A stretch of 24,000 nucleotides of DNA from Paraconexibacter antarcticus. Its GTDB lineage: Bacteria; Actinomycetota; Thermoleophilia; Solirubrobacterales; Solirubrobacteraceae. The position numbers and the translations under genes were made by a program. The stretch lies in contig NZ_CP098502.1 in NCBI RefSeq assembly GCF_024220175.1, positions 3,142,514 through 3,166,513 on the forward strand. The letters are read 5' to 3'. Below, one piece after another: positions 7,676-16,375 of this stretch (position 1 is its first letter; the number at the start of each line of letters is the position of its first letter). The notes beneath the pieces were generated by a model. The model saw only the letters and a list, made by a program, of their open reading frames with translations. It was not told where the DNA came from and ran no database searches.

Positions 7676-9966
7676 GCCCGGCGACCGCCGCGCCCGCGCC
7701 GCCGCCGTCCCGCCCGGCGGCGCCCGCCGCGGTCGTCCCGCCCGACGAGGCGCCCGTGCGGAGCGGCCCGCTCTTCCTCGCGCGGCCGGTCCGGCTCGTC
7801 GCCTTCGCGCTGCTCGCGCTGCTCGTCGCGCGGCGGTGGGAGCGCCTCGCCGACCCGATCCTCGGCGACGCCGCCGCCCGGTCGGTCCTCCTCGCCGTCA
7901 CGGCCGGAGCGCTCCTGCACCTCCGCCCGCTCCTGCCACGTACCGCCCGCCCGCCGGCCGCGGCCGCCCTGGCGGTCGCCGCACTCGTCGCAGCGCTCCT
8001 CGTCGCCGGGGTCCCGCTCCACGACCTCAGGCCACACCGCTGGGACGACCTCGCGCGCGGCATCGGCGACGGTCTCGCCGCGCTCCCGGACCTCCGCGTC
8101 CCCTACCGGGGTGAGCAGGAGTGGATCCGCCGGACGCTCGCGCTCGGCGGGGCCCTGCTGCTCCTGCTCGCGGCCGTGTGCTGCTGCGCCGGGCGTGGGC
8201 GTCCCGGGCTCGCCGCCGGCGTCCTGCTGACGGCCTACGTGATCGCGGTCACCCAGGTCGAGCAGCGGCACGCGATCGGCGACGGCGTCCTCCTCACCGT
8301 CCTGCTCGCCCTCCTCCTGCTCGGCGAGCGCGTCCGGATGGACCAGGCCACGGCCGCCGGCCTCTGCCTCGCCGCCGCGGTCGGGCTCGGGACGGTCGCG
8401 GTGCACCGGCTCGACGGCGCCCGCCCGTGGATCGACTACCGCGGCCTCGGCAGCCGGCTCGGCTCCGGACCGCTCGAGCGCTTCTCGTGGACCCACACCT
8501 ACGGCGCCCTGCCGTGGACGCGGGACGCGCGGCCGGTCCTCCGCGTCAAGGCCGTCGTCCCCGGCTACTGGAAGGCCGTCTCGCTCGACCGCTTCGACGG
8601 CCGGCGCTGGCGCCGCGCCGCCCGCCCGCTGCCCGGCACCCCGCCGCGGGACCGGGCCCGCGCACCCCGCGCCTGGACGCAGGAGGTGTCGGTCGACGTC
8701 GCCGACCTGCGCTCCCCGCAGCTCTACGCGCCCGGGGAGATCCTCGCGATCACCCGGTCGAGCGTCGCCGCGCGCCCGGACACGCCGGGGACGGAGGTGA
8801 CGGCGGGCCGCGACATGGTCCGCGGCGACACGTACGTCGCCCGGGTCTACAGTCCGAGCCCCTCGGTGGCGCAGCTCGCGCGGGCCGGCGTCGACTACCC
8901 CGCCGAGGTCCTCGGCGCGCTCCGGCTCGACGACCCCGGCGTCGCCGGCAGCGCCCGTGTGGTGCCGGTCGCGGACGGGCTGAGCTTCGCCTTCGCGCCG
9001 TACGGTGCCGCCGGGTCTCCGGCCCCGCGCCTGCAGCTCGCCGACACACGCGACGTCGGCGACGGGACCGCCGAGCTCGTGCACTCCCCGTACGCGCGGA
9101 TGTGGGCGCTCGCCCAGCGGCTGAAGGCCGCGTCGACGTCGCCGCTGGACTACGTGCGGCGGGTGCAGGCGCGGGTGCGGTCCGGCGCCACCTACGACGA
9201 GCACCCGCCCCGCGCGTCGGCCGCCGACCCGCTCGCCGACTTCCTCTTCGGCACGCGGCGCGGGTACTGCCAGCAGTTCTCCGGGGCGATGGCGCTGCTG
9301 CTGCGGATGGGCGGGGTGCCCGCTCGCGTCGCCGAGGGGTTCGCGCCCGGGACGTTCGACGTGGGGCAGGGGCGCTACGTCGTCCACGACAGCGACGCCC
9401 ACTCGTGGGTCGAGGTCTACTACCCGCACATCGGCTGGACCGTCGTCGACCCGACGCCGGCGCTCGCGCCCGCCGCCTCGCAGTTCGACCTCGCCTCGGC
9501 GACCGCCACCGCCGCCCCGAAGGCCGGCGCGACCGGGGCCACCGCGGCCGGTGACCGCGCCGGCGGCGCGGCGCCCGGCGCGAGCGCGGTCGCGGGCGGC
9601 GGCGGCGGGGGAGGGCCCGGGGCCCTGCTGCTCGCCGGCGCGGGCGCCGCGCTCATGCTCCTCGCCGGCGGCGGGATCGCCGTGCGGCACCGGCGCGCCC
9701 GGCGCCACGCCGCCGTGCCGCCGGAGCTCCGCGACCTCGCGCACGCGCTGCACCGCGCGGGCGTCGTCCTGCCGCCCGCCACGACCCTCGCGGGGCTCGC
9801 CGCCGCGCACACGCGCACCCCCGAGGCCCGGGCGCGGGTCGAGGCGCTCGCCCGCGCCCGCTACGCCGTGACCGGGGCGGCGGCGCCGGTCCGCCTCACC
9901 CGCGCCGAGCGGCGCGTGCTGCGTCGCGGGCTGCGGCCCGCGCCCGGCCCGCCGCCGTCCCGCTGA
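7672..9966 (+). CDS. Polytopic membrane transglutaminase-domain protein (TgpA-like: N-terminal multi-TM region, transglutaminase core, C-terminal TM plus DUF4129-like tail)
   Basis: GTG 7672 overlaps the DUF58 stop (GTGA). About seven hydrophobic helices at the N-terminus. Cys-His-Asp triad context: RGYCQQFS (Cys codon 9268-9270), DAHSWVEVY (His 9400-9402), VVDPTP (Asp 9448-9450). Later comes a Gly/Ala-rich linker and a TM helix. Confidence 0.8.
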   Translation: MSPATAAPAPPPSRPAAPAAVVPPDEAPVRSGPLFLARPVRLVAFALLALLVARRWERLADPILGDAAARSVLLAVTAGALLHLRPLLPRTARPPAAAALAVAALVAALLVAGVPLHDLRPHRWDDLARGIGDGLAALPDLRVPYRGEQEWIRRTLALGGALLLLLAAVCCCAGRGRPGLAAGVLLTAYVIAVTQVEQRHAIGDGVLLTVLLALLLLGERVRMDQATAAGLCLAAAVGLGTVAVHRLDGARPWIDYRGLGSRLGSGPLERFSWTHTYGALPWTRDARPVLRVKAVVPGYWKAVSLDRFDGRRWRRAARPLPGTPPRDRARAPRAWTQEVSVDVADLRSPQLYAPGEILAITRSSVAARPDTPGTEVTAGRDMVRGDTYVARVYSPSPSVAQLARAGVDYPAEVLGALRLDDPGVAGSARVVPVADGLSFAFAPYGAAGSPAPRLQLADTRDVGDGTAELVHSPYARMWALAQRLKAASTSPLDYVRRVQARVRSGATYDEHPPRASAADPLADFLFGTRRGYCQQFSGAMALLLRMGGVPARVAEGFAPGTFDVGQGRYVVHDSDAHSWVEVYYPHIGWTVVDPTPALAPAASQFDLASATATAAPKAGATGATAAGDRAGGAAPGASAVAGGGGGGGPGALLLAGAGAALMLLAGGGIAVRHRRARRHAAVPPELRDLAHALHRAGVVLPPATTLAGLAAAHTRTPEARARVEALARARYAVTGAAAPVRLTRAERRVLRRGLRPAPGPPPSR

Positions 9967-10003
9967 GCCGGCCCGACCGGCCGGACGCGACGGGACCGCG
10001 TCC

Positions 10004-10009
10004 TACACT
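10004..10009 (+). promoter_or_regulatory. Candidate -10 hexamer TACACT 10 nt upstream of the TPR gene ATG
   Basis: gtcCTACACTcggtgcaggcATG. It directly follows a 7-bp hairpin (GGACGCG 9983-9989 / CGCGTCC 9997-10003). Confidence 0.3.
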
Positions 10010-10019
10010 CGGTGCAGGC

Positions 10020-10388
10020 ATGGAATCCGCCTACGACCTCTACCGCAACGGCACCGAACTCCTCGACGGCCGCGACTTCCACGCGGCGGCCGTCCCGCTC
10101 CGCCGCGCCGCCGAGCTCGAGCCCGACAAGATGAGCGTCCGTGAGGCCCTCGGGCGCGCGTATTTCGGGTCGCAGCGCTATCGCGAGGGCGCCGCCGAGT
10201 TCGGCGCCGTCGTCGCCCGCGAGCCGACGAACGACTACGCCCACTTCTGCCTGGGTCGCTGCCTGCAGTCGCTCGGGGATCACGCGCGGGCCCGCGCGCC
10301 GCTGACGATGGCCGCCCGCCTGCGCCCGGACCGGAGCGACTACCGCGTCTACCTCGAGCGCTCCGTCCGCGCCGCCGAGGCGGACTGA
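10020..10388 (+). CDS. Small tetratricopeptide-repeat (TPR) protein
   Basis: 122 aa with about three TPR-like units (A..LGRAYF....Y.EGAAEF..VV...P.N..AHFCLGRCL..LGD...A). GC3-rich codons. Confidence 0.65.
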   Translation: MESAYDLYRNGTELLDGRDFHAAAVPLRRAAELEPDKMSVREALGRAYFGSQRYREGAAEFGAVVAREPTNDYAHFCLGRCLQSLGDHARARAPLTMAARLRPDRSDYRVYLERSVRAAEAD

Positions 10389-10735
10389 CGCGCGGCCTCG
10401 GCCGCGTCGAGCAGCAGGGCGAGCGCCACGTCGAGCAGCCGCTCGTCCGCGAGCGGCCACGGCAGCTCGCCCTGCAGCCACACCTCGCCGGCCCGCGTCG
10501 AGGTGAAGCGGACGAGTCTGAGGCGGCGGTTGCGGTGCAGCAGGTCGGCCGGGTCCAGGCGCCCGGGCTCGCACACCGGCGCCTGCAACCGCAGCAGCGC
10601 CGGCTCCGGTCCGCAGACCGCGAGACCGACGTCGAGCGGCCACCCGCCGACGTCGGGGAAGGTCACGCCCCAGGCCGCCTCGCCGGCCCGGCGCCAGGGC
10701 TGCCCGAGCCCGTGCAGGAACGCCTCGATGCGCAT
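10349..10735 (-). CDS. YbjN-like (putative sensory-transduction regulator / T3SS-chaperone-like fold) protein
   Basis: 128 aa with GC3-rich codons on the minus strand. The pattern W.V.F......L.V.L......LL.L.AP......D...LLR.N..L.L.RF......G.VWL..ELP is typical of the YbjN family as I recall it. Divergent from rimP. Confidence 0.6.
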   Translation of the reverse strand: MRIEAFLHGLGQPWRRAGEAAWGVTFPDVGGWPLDVGLAVCGPEPALLRLQAPVCEPGRLDPADLLHRNRRLRLVRFTSTRAGEVWLQGELPWPLADERLLDVALALLLDAAEAARQSASAARTERSR

Positions 10736-10767
10736 CGGCTTGCTATGTTTGCCACACAGCTTTCGTA

Positions 10768-10787
10768 GCCGGCATGTATTTGCCGGT
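10768..10787 (+). promoter_or_regulatory. Leader hairpin 1 upstream of rimP (CCGGCA / 6-nt loop / TGCCGG)
   Basis: Read directly: CCGGCA 10769-10774 pairs with TGCCGG 10781-10786, and the loop is TGTATT. It lies in the AT-rich divergent intergenic region. Confidence 0.35.
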
Positions 10788-10796
10788 GTCGTTGAA

Positions 10797-10821
10797 AGCG
10801 GGCGCCCGCCCGCTTTTTTTT
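10797..10821 (+). terminator. Canonical intrinsic terminator / attenuator in the rimP-nusA leader
   Basis: Stem AGCGGGC 10797-10803 pairs with GCCCGCT 10808-10814, with a GCCC tetraloop and a run of eight T (10814-10821). It ends 7 nt before the rimP SD GAGGAGAG (10829-10836). This is the only hairpin-plus-long-T-tract I found in the window. Confidence 0.6.
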
Positions 10822-10839
10822 ATGTCCCGAGGAGAGTCC

Positions 10840-11259
10840 ATGTCCAGCAGCATCCAAGATCAGGTGGAGGCCGCGCTCGCCGCGGCCGAACCCGACGTCG
10901 AGGTGCTGCTGGCCGAGGTCCACGGCGGGCAGACCGTCCGCCTCTTCGTCGACCATCCGGACGGCGTGACGCTCGAGGTCTGCGAGCGCGTCACGCACGC
11001 GCTCGCCGAGCTCCGCGAGCGCTACGCCCTGGAGGTCTCCTCGCCGGGCCGCGACCGCCCGCTGACCAAGCCGCAGCACTTCCGCCGGTTCCTCGGGCGC
11101 CGGGCGAAGGTCCGCACCCGCGGGGACCACGACGGTCGCAGGTCCTTCACCGGCGAGCTCGTCGGCGCCACCGACGACGCCGTCACGATCGCCGCCGACA
11201 CCGGGGTCATCGCGATCCCGTACGTCGACATCCACCGTTCCAACCTCGTCGAGGAGTAA
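10840..11259 (+). CDS. rimP: Ribosome maturation factor RimP
   Basis: ATG 10840 is preceded by GAGGAGAG. The sequence LEVSSPGRDRPL is the RimP signature. Directly upstream of nusA. Confidence 0.85.
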   Translation: MSSSIQDQVEAALAAAEPDVEVLLAEVHGGQTVRLFVDHPDGVTLEVCERVTHALAELRERYALEVSSPGRDRPLTKPQHFRRFLGRRAKVRTRGDHDGRRSFTGELVGATDDAVTIAADTGVIAIPYVDIHRSNLVEE

Positions 11260-11264
11260 TTCGC

Positions 11265-12860
11265 ATGTCACGCGAGATCCTGGAAGCGATGGGCGCCCTC
11301 GCCCGCGAGAAGGGCATTGCCCCCGACAAGCTGCAGCACGCGCTCGAGGACGCGCTCCTGTCGGCCTACAAGAAGCAGCCCGGCGCGGCGAAGTACGCGA
11401 AGGTCATCCTCGACAGCGAGACCGGTGACTACCGCGTCATCGAGCTCATCATCCCGGACCGCCTCGAGGCGCACATGATCGTCGAGACGATCGACGAGAA
11501 CACGTACCTCGACGAGGAGACCGGCGAGTTCGTCGAGCCCGAGGAGGTCGAGATCGGCCCCGACAAGTTCGAGGAGTACGCCGACCAGATCGAGGAGCAG
11601 GACGTCACGCCGGACGACTTCGGCCGCATCGCCGCGCAGACCGCGAAGCAGGTCATCCTGCAGCGCGTCCGCGAGGCCGAGCGCGACATGATGTTCGAGG
11701 AGTACCGCGACCGCGTGGGCGAGCTCGTCACGGGCATCGTCCAGCAGAAGGACGCGCGCTACACGCTCATCCAGCTGCGCGAGCGCGTCGAGGCGCTGCT
11801 CCCGAAGAGCGAGCAGGTCGACGGCGAGCGCTACGAGCACAACCAGCGCGTCAAGGCCGTCATCAAGGAGGTCTCGGCCTCCACGAAGGGCCCGTCGATC
11901 ATCGTCAGCCGGCGCGACGGGGAGCTCATCAAGAAGCTCTTCGAGCTCGAGGTCCCGGAGATCGCCGACGGCCTCGTCGAGGTCGCGAACGTCGCCCGTG
12001 AGCCGGGCTACCGCTCGAAGATCGCGGTCATCTCGCACGCCGACGGCGTGGACCCGGTCGGCGCCTGCGTCGGCCCCCGCGGCTCCCGGGTGCGCATGGT
12101 CGTGTCCGAGCTGCGCGGCGAGAAGATCGACATCATCCCCTACAACGACGAGCCCGCCCGCTTCGTCGCCAAGGCGCTGTCGCCCGCCCGCGTGCGTGAG
12201 GTGCTCGTCGACGACGAGGCCCGCCAGGCGACCGTCATCGTCCCGGACGACCAGCTGTCGCTGGCGATCGGCCGCGAGGGGCAGAACGCCCGGCTCGCCG
12301 CCCGCCTGACCGGCTGGCGGATCGACATCAAGTCCGAGACCGACTTCGCCCAGAGCTCCGGCGAGGAGACCTTCGAGCAGGAGCAGGAGTCCGGCCGCTG
12401 CGCCGCGGTCCTCTCCAACGGCCGCCGCTGCCCGAACGCGACGATCCCCGGATCGCGCTTCTGCGGCCTCGGCCCGCACCAGGCGCTCGCGAAGTTCAAC
12501 ACGAACTCCGTCGTCGTCCTCACGAAGCTCACCGAGGAGGAGATCGACTTCCTCAACAACCCGGCGGCCCTCCCCGAGGACGTCGAGGAGATCGTGACCC
12601 GCGTCGAGGCCGAGGTGGCCGCCGACGAGGCGGCCGGCGCCGAGGCCGAGGCCGAGGTGGCCGACGCCGAGGCCGAGGCCGACGTGGCCGACGCCGAGGT
12701 GGCCGACGCCGACGAGGCGGAGGCCGCGGACGCGGAGGCCGACGAGGCGGTCGCCGACGAGGCCGGGGCGGAGCCCGCCTCCGAGGGCGCTACCGTCGAG
12801 GAGGTCGCGTCCGAGGCCGCGGCCGACGCGCCGGACCCCGAGCAGGAGCCGGCGTCGTAG
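11265..12860 (+). CDS. nusA: Transcription termination/antitermination factor NusA with an atypical C-terminal extension
   Basis: ATG 11265 is preceded by GAGGAG (11251-11256). The N-terminal domain, S1 and two KH domains ([34 protein letters not shown]) are present. After about 12336 comes a roughly 175-aa extension with Cys/His and acidic repeats. Confidence 0.92.
   Translation: MSREILEAMGALAREKGIAPDKLQHALEDALLSAYKKQPGAAKYAKVILDSETGDYRVIELIIPDRLEAHMIVETIDENTYLDEETGEFVEPEEVEIGPDKFEEYADQIEEQDVTPDDFGRIAAQTAKQVILQRVREAERDMMFEEYRDRVGELVTGIVQQKDARYTLIQLRERVEALLPKSEQVDGERYEHNQRVKAVIKEVSASTKGPSIIVSRRDGELIKKLFELEVPEIADGLVEVANVAREPGYRSKIAVISHADGVDPVGACVGPRGSRVRMVVSELRGEKIDIIPYNDEPARFVAKALSPARVREVLVDDEARQATVIVPDDQLSLAIGREGQNARLAARLTGWRIDIKSETDFAQSSGEETFEQEQESGRCAAVLSNGRRCPNATIPGSRFCGLGPHQALAKFNTNSVVVLTKLTEEEIDFLNNPAALPEDVEEIVTRVEAEVAADEAAGAEAEAEVADAEAEADVADAEVADADEAEAADAEADEAVADEAGAEPASEGATVEEVASEAAADAPDPEQEPAS
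12604..12772 (+). repeat. In-frame degenerate short tandem repeats (GAG/GAC/GCC/GTG codons) encoding the acidic A/E/D/V tail of NusA
   Basis: GTGGCCGACGCCGA occurs at 12657, 12684 and 12699. The encoded peptide is [45 protein letters not shown]. Confidence 0.8.
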
Positions 12861-12868
12861 GTCAGGCC

Positions 12869-13108
12869 GTGGTCCACCCGACCCGCCGCTGCATCGGCTG
12901 CGGAGCGCTGCGCCCCAAGGCGGAGCTGCTCCGCCTGGCCGTGGCGGGCGACGAGGTGGTGCAGGACCCCCGGGCGATCATGCCCGGGCGTGGTGCCTAC
13001 GTGTGTGATCGCGCCTGCTGGGAGCAGGCGCTCCGGCGCCGCGCGGTGCCCCGCGCGTTCAGGCGCAACGTGTCGATCGACCCATCCCTTCTAGACTTAA
13101 CGAGTTAG
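12869..13108 (+). CDS. ylxR: YlxR/RnpM-family (DUF448) RNA-binding protein
   Basis: GTG 12869. The sequence [19 protein letters not shown]...GRGAYVC is the DUF448 pattern. Canonical position between nusA and infB. Confidence 0.8.
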   Translation: MVHPTRRCIGCGALRPKAELLRLAVAGDEVVQDPRAIMPGRGAYVCDRACWEQALRRRAVPRAFRRNVSIDPSLLDLTS

Positions 13109-16017
13109 TGGCAACCAAGCGCGTACACAAGATCGCCAAAGAGCAGGGACTCACCGCCCTGGAGCTGCTCATGCAGCTCCGGGATGCAGGGTTCGCTGTG
13201 ACTGCGGCGGCACAGGAAGTCGACGAGGACGAGGTTCTCGCCAAGCTCGGGCTGGGCGGTGCACCCAAGGTGGAGCAGCCGTTCTCCCCGACCCCGAAGG
13301 GGGAGGCCGACGCCGTGGCAGAGACGCCTGCGCCCGCCGTCGAGGAGGCTCCCGTCGCTCCGTCGGTGGAGCCCCAGATCCCGATCCCGGTGCCCGTCGC
13401 CGAGGAGGCCCCCAAGGGCCCGAAGATCCTGCCGGATCCCGTCGCCGAGGCCGCTGCCGCAGCGCCGCCCGCGCCGCCGGCCCGCCCCGCGCCGACCCTT
13501 CAGCCGGCTCCGGACCCGCGCCTCGCCTCGGCGTCCGCCGCCGCCGAGCCCGCCACGCCGCCGCCGGCCAAGCCGCCCGTGAAGCCCGCCGCGAAGTCGT
13601 CGAGCGCGCCCGCCGGCCCGAAGATCATCGCGCAGCCCGAGGCCGCCCCGGCGAAGCCGAAGCCCCGGCGCCAGGAGGCCGCGCCCGCACCGCCGGTGAA
13701 GCCGGCCCCGCGCCCGTCGAGCCAGCCCCCGGCCCGGCCGCCCGTGCCGTCGACGCCGGTCCCGACGCTCCAGCCGCCGCCGGACCCGCGGGAGATCGCC
13801 GCCCGCGCGCTCGCCGCCGAGAAGGCCGCCGCCGAGGCCGCCGCGGCCGCGGCTGCCGCCGCCGGCGAGGCCGCCGAGGCCCCCGCCGCCCCCGAGGCGA
13901 AGGACGCCAAGGGCAAGGAGGAGGAGGCGAAGCCGACCATCACGATCGGTGACAAGCCCGACGCGGGCCGCGGCCCGAAGATCCTCGCGGTGCCCGAGCC
14001 GCCCAAGCGCCCCAAGCGCGACGAGTCCCAGAACCTGCCGGGCGGCCGCAAGGGCGCCCCGACGACCGGTGCCGCCGGCCGTCGCCGCGTCGTCATCGAC
14101 TCCCAGGCCGCCCGTCGCGGCCCGGGCGGTCCCGGTGGCCCCGGCGGCCCCGGTGGCGGCCCGAACCAGCCGCCGCGCCGTCAGCGCCGCGGCCGGCGCC
14201 GTCGCGGTACGTACAACGACTCGGTCGCCGAACTGGACGTCTCCGCGCAGACGTCGATCGACCTCATCAAGATCAACTCGGGCTCGACCGTCAAGGACGT
14301 CGCCGAGTACCTCGGCGTGCCCGTGCCCGACGTCATCAAGAAGCTCATGATGCTCGGCGAGATGGCGACGCTCACGCAGACGCTGGCCGACGACGCGATC
14401 CAGGTCATCGCCGACGAGTTCGACCGGACGATCGAGATCGTCCACGCGAGCGACGACGAGGAGGTCCTGGAGTACGAGGACGACGACGCGGACCTCGTCA
14501 CCCGCCCGCCGGTCGTGACGATCATGGGCCACGTCGACCACGGCAAGACGTCGCTGCTGGACGCGATCCGCCAGGCGGACGTCGTCGGAGGCGAGTCCGG
14601 TGGCATCACGCAGCACATCGGCGCCTACCAGGTCCACCACAACGACAAGATCCTCACCTTCCTCGACACGCCGGGCCACGAGGCGTTCACCGCCATGCGT
14701 GCCCGCGGCGCCCGGGTCACCGACATCGCGGTCATCGTGGTGGCGGCGGACGACGGCGTCATGCCGCAGACCGAGGAGGCGATCGACCACGCACACGCGG
14801 CCGACGTCCCGATCGTCGTCGCGGTGAACAAGATCGACAAGGAGGGCGCGGACCCCACCCGGGTGCGCACCGAGATGACCACCCGCAACCTGCAGCCCTC
14901 CGAGTGGGGCGGGGACACGGAGTACGTCGACGTCTCCGCGAAGGCGCGCACGAACCTCGAGGACCTCCTCGACACGCTGCTCGTCGTCGCCGAGCTCGAG
15001 GACCTCAAGGCCAACCCGGCCGCCGAGGCCTCCGGCGTCGTCATCGAGTCCAAGCTCGACCCGGGCCGCGGCCCGGTCGTGACCGTCCTCATCCAGCGCG
15101 GCACGCTGAGGGTCGGCGACGCGCTGCTGGCCGGCCCGCAGTGGGGCAAGGTCCGCGCGATGCACGACTACACCGGCGCCCGCGTGAAGCAGGCCGTCCC
15201 CGGTGACCCGGTCGAGATCCTCGGCTTCGACGGCGTCCCCGCCGCGGGCGAGACCGTCCGCGTCGTGGAGACCGACAAGCAGGCCCGTTCGCTCGCCGGC
15301 GAGCGCGAGCACCGCCTCAAGACCGAGGCCCTCGCCCGCCGCTCGGGCCGCAAGGTGTCGCTCGACGATGTCTTCAAGCGCGCCCTCGGCAGCGAGTACA
15401 AGGAGCTCAACCTCATCGTCAAGGTCGACGTGGCGGGCTCCCTGGAGGCGATCGAGGACGAGATCGCCAAGCTGCCCCAGCAGGAGGTCCAGGTCAACAT
15501 CATCCATTCGGGCGTCGGTGGCATCACCGAGTCCGACGTCATGCTGGCGACCGCCTCCGAGGCCGCGATCATGGGCTTCAACGTGCGGCCCGTGGGCGAC
15601 GCCCGCGCCGCCGCCGACCGCGAGGGTGTCGAGATCCTCAACTACTCGGTCATCTACAAGGCGATGGACGACCTCCGCGACGCGATGGAGGGCATGCTCG
15701 ATCCGGAAGAGGTCGAGGACGCCGTCGGCGAGGTGGAGGTCCGTCAGATCTTCCGCGCCTCGAAGATCGGCATCATCGCCGGCTGCATGGTCACCTCCGG
15801 CAAGGTCACGCGCGGCGCGAAGCTCCGGCTCGTCCGCGACGGCCGCGTCGTCACTGAGACGCGCATCGACACGCTGCGGCGCTTCAACGACGACGTGCGC
15901 GAGGTCGCCAGCGGCTTCGAGTGCGGCATCACGCTCGTGGGCACGCAGGACATCCAGGAGGGTGACGTCTTCGAGGTGTTCGCCACGCGCAAGGTCGACC
16001 GGGTCCTCGCGAAGTAG
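13108..16017 (+). CDS. infB: Translation initiation factor IF-2
   Basis: GTG 13108 overlaps the ylxR stop (TAGTG). IF2-N motif ([11 protein letters not shown]), a long Pro/Ala-rich linker, a G domain ([21 protein letters not shown]), and a conserved C-terminus. Confidence 0.95.
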   Translation: MATKRVHKIAKEQGLTALELLMQLRDAGFAVTAAAQEVDEDEVLAKLGLGGAPKVEQPFSPTPKGEADAVAETPAPAVEEAPVAPSVEPQIPIPVPVAEEAPKGPKILPDPVAEAAAAAPPAPPARPAPTLQPAPDPRLASASAAAEPATPPPAKPPVKPAAKSSSAPAGPKIIAQPEAAPAKPKPRRQEAAPAPPVKPAPRPSSQPPARPPVPSTPVPTLQPPPDPREIAARALAAEKAAAEAAAAAAAAAGEAAEAPAAPEAKDAKGKEEEAKPTITIGDKPDAGRGPKILAVPEPPKRPKRDESQNLPGGRKGAPTTGAAGRRRVVIDSQAARRGPGGPGGPGGPGGGPNQPPRRQRRGRRRRGTYNDSVAELDVSAQTSIDLIKINSGSTVKDVAEYLGVPVPDVIKKLMMLGEMATLTQTLADDAIQVIADEFDRTIEIVHASDDEEVLEYEDDDADLVTRPPVVTIMGHVDHGKTSLLDAIRQADVVGGESGGITQHIGAYQVHHNDKILTFLDTPGHEAFTAMRARGARVTDIAVIVVAADDGVMPQTEEAIDHAHAADVPIVVAVNKIDKEGADPTRVRTEMTTRNLQPSEWGGDTEYVDVSAKARTNLEDLLDTLLVVAELEDLKANPAAEASGVVIESKLDPGRGPVVTVLIQRGTLRVGDALLAGPQWGKVRAMHDYTGARVKQAVPGDPVEILGFDGVPAAGETVRVVETDKQARSLAGEREHRLKTEALARRSGRKVSLDDVFKRALGSEYKELNLIVKVDVAGSLEAIEDEIAKLPQQEVQVNIIHSGVGGITESDVMLATASEAAIMGFNVRPVGDARAAADREGVEILNYSVIYKAMDDLRDAMEGMLDPEEVEDAVGEVEVRQIFRASKIGIIAGCMVTSGKVTRGAKLRLVRDGRVVTETRIDTLRRFNDDVREVASGFECGITLVGTQDIQEGDVFEVFATRKVDRVLAK
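13417..13986 (+). repeat. Internal repeats in the IF-2 linker-coding region
   Basis: The exact 12-mer GGCCCGAAGATC (GPKI) occurs at 13417, 13615 and 13972. The (P)TLQP(A/P)PDPR modules are encoded near 13495 and 13757. Confidence 0.7.
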
Positions 16018-16033
16018 CGCGGACCGACCAGCC

Positions 16034-16375
16034 GTGCCCAGCGAACGGATGCGACGGGTGGACGAGGCGGTGAGGGAGGTCCTCAGCGCCGCGGTCACGA
16101 CCGACCTCAAGGACCCCAGGATCGGGTTCGTCACCGTCACCGACGTGAAGACGAGCCCGGACCTGCGCCACGCCCGCGTCTACGTGAGCGTGCTCGGGTC
16201 CGCGGACGAGCAGCAGGCCTCGCTGGCGGGCCTGCAGTCCGCGCACGGCTTCCTCCAGGCCGGGCTCGCGAAGAGCCTGCGGATGAAGCACACGCCCGCC
16301 CTGACGTTCATCCTCGACGACACCGCCGAGCGGGCGGCCCGCGTCGAGCGCCTCACCAGCGGGGGCGAGGCATGA
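16034..16375 (+). CDS. rbfA: Ribosome-binding factor A
   Basis: GTG 16034 (alternative ATG 16049) lies within ORF 15203..16375. The sequence RVDEAVREVLSAAV..DLKDPRIGFVTVTDV..SPDLRHARVYVSV is the RbfA pattern. Confidence 0.85.
   Translation: MPSERMRRVDEAVREVLSAAVTTDLKDPRIGFVTVTDVKTSPDLRHARVYVSVLGSADEQQASLAGLQSAHGFLQAGLAKSLRMKHTPALTFILDDTAERAARVERLTSGGEA

Noticed and set aside
10774-10839. Earlier in-frame rimP starts (ATG 10774, ATG 10822)
   Set aside because: They would place the terminator hairpin and T8 tract inside the coding sequence (MYLPVSLKAGARPLFFMSRGES) and lack an SD. ATG 10840 has a strong GAGGAGAG just upstream and gives a normal RimP N-terminus.
12604-12772. Possible CRISPR or other non-coding repeat array in the GAG/GCC/GAC-rich repeats
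   Set aside because: The repeats are short, irregular (15- and 27-nt spacing), in frame within nusA, and encode the acidic tail. There is no repeat-spacer architecture. I saw no CRISPR array anywhere in the window.
13105-16140. 1011-aa ORF on the minus strand covering all of infB
   Set aside because: It is an antisense shadow ORF typical of very GC-rich DNA. The translation is Arg/Gly/Ala/Leu/Asp low-complexity with no recognisable motifs. The + strand frame encodes an unmistakable IF-2 with G-domain motifs.
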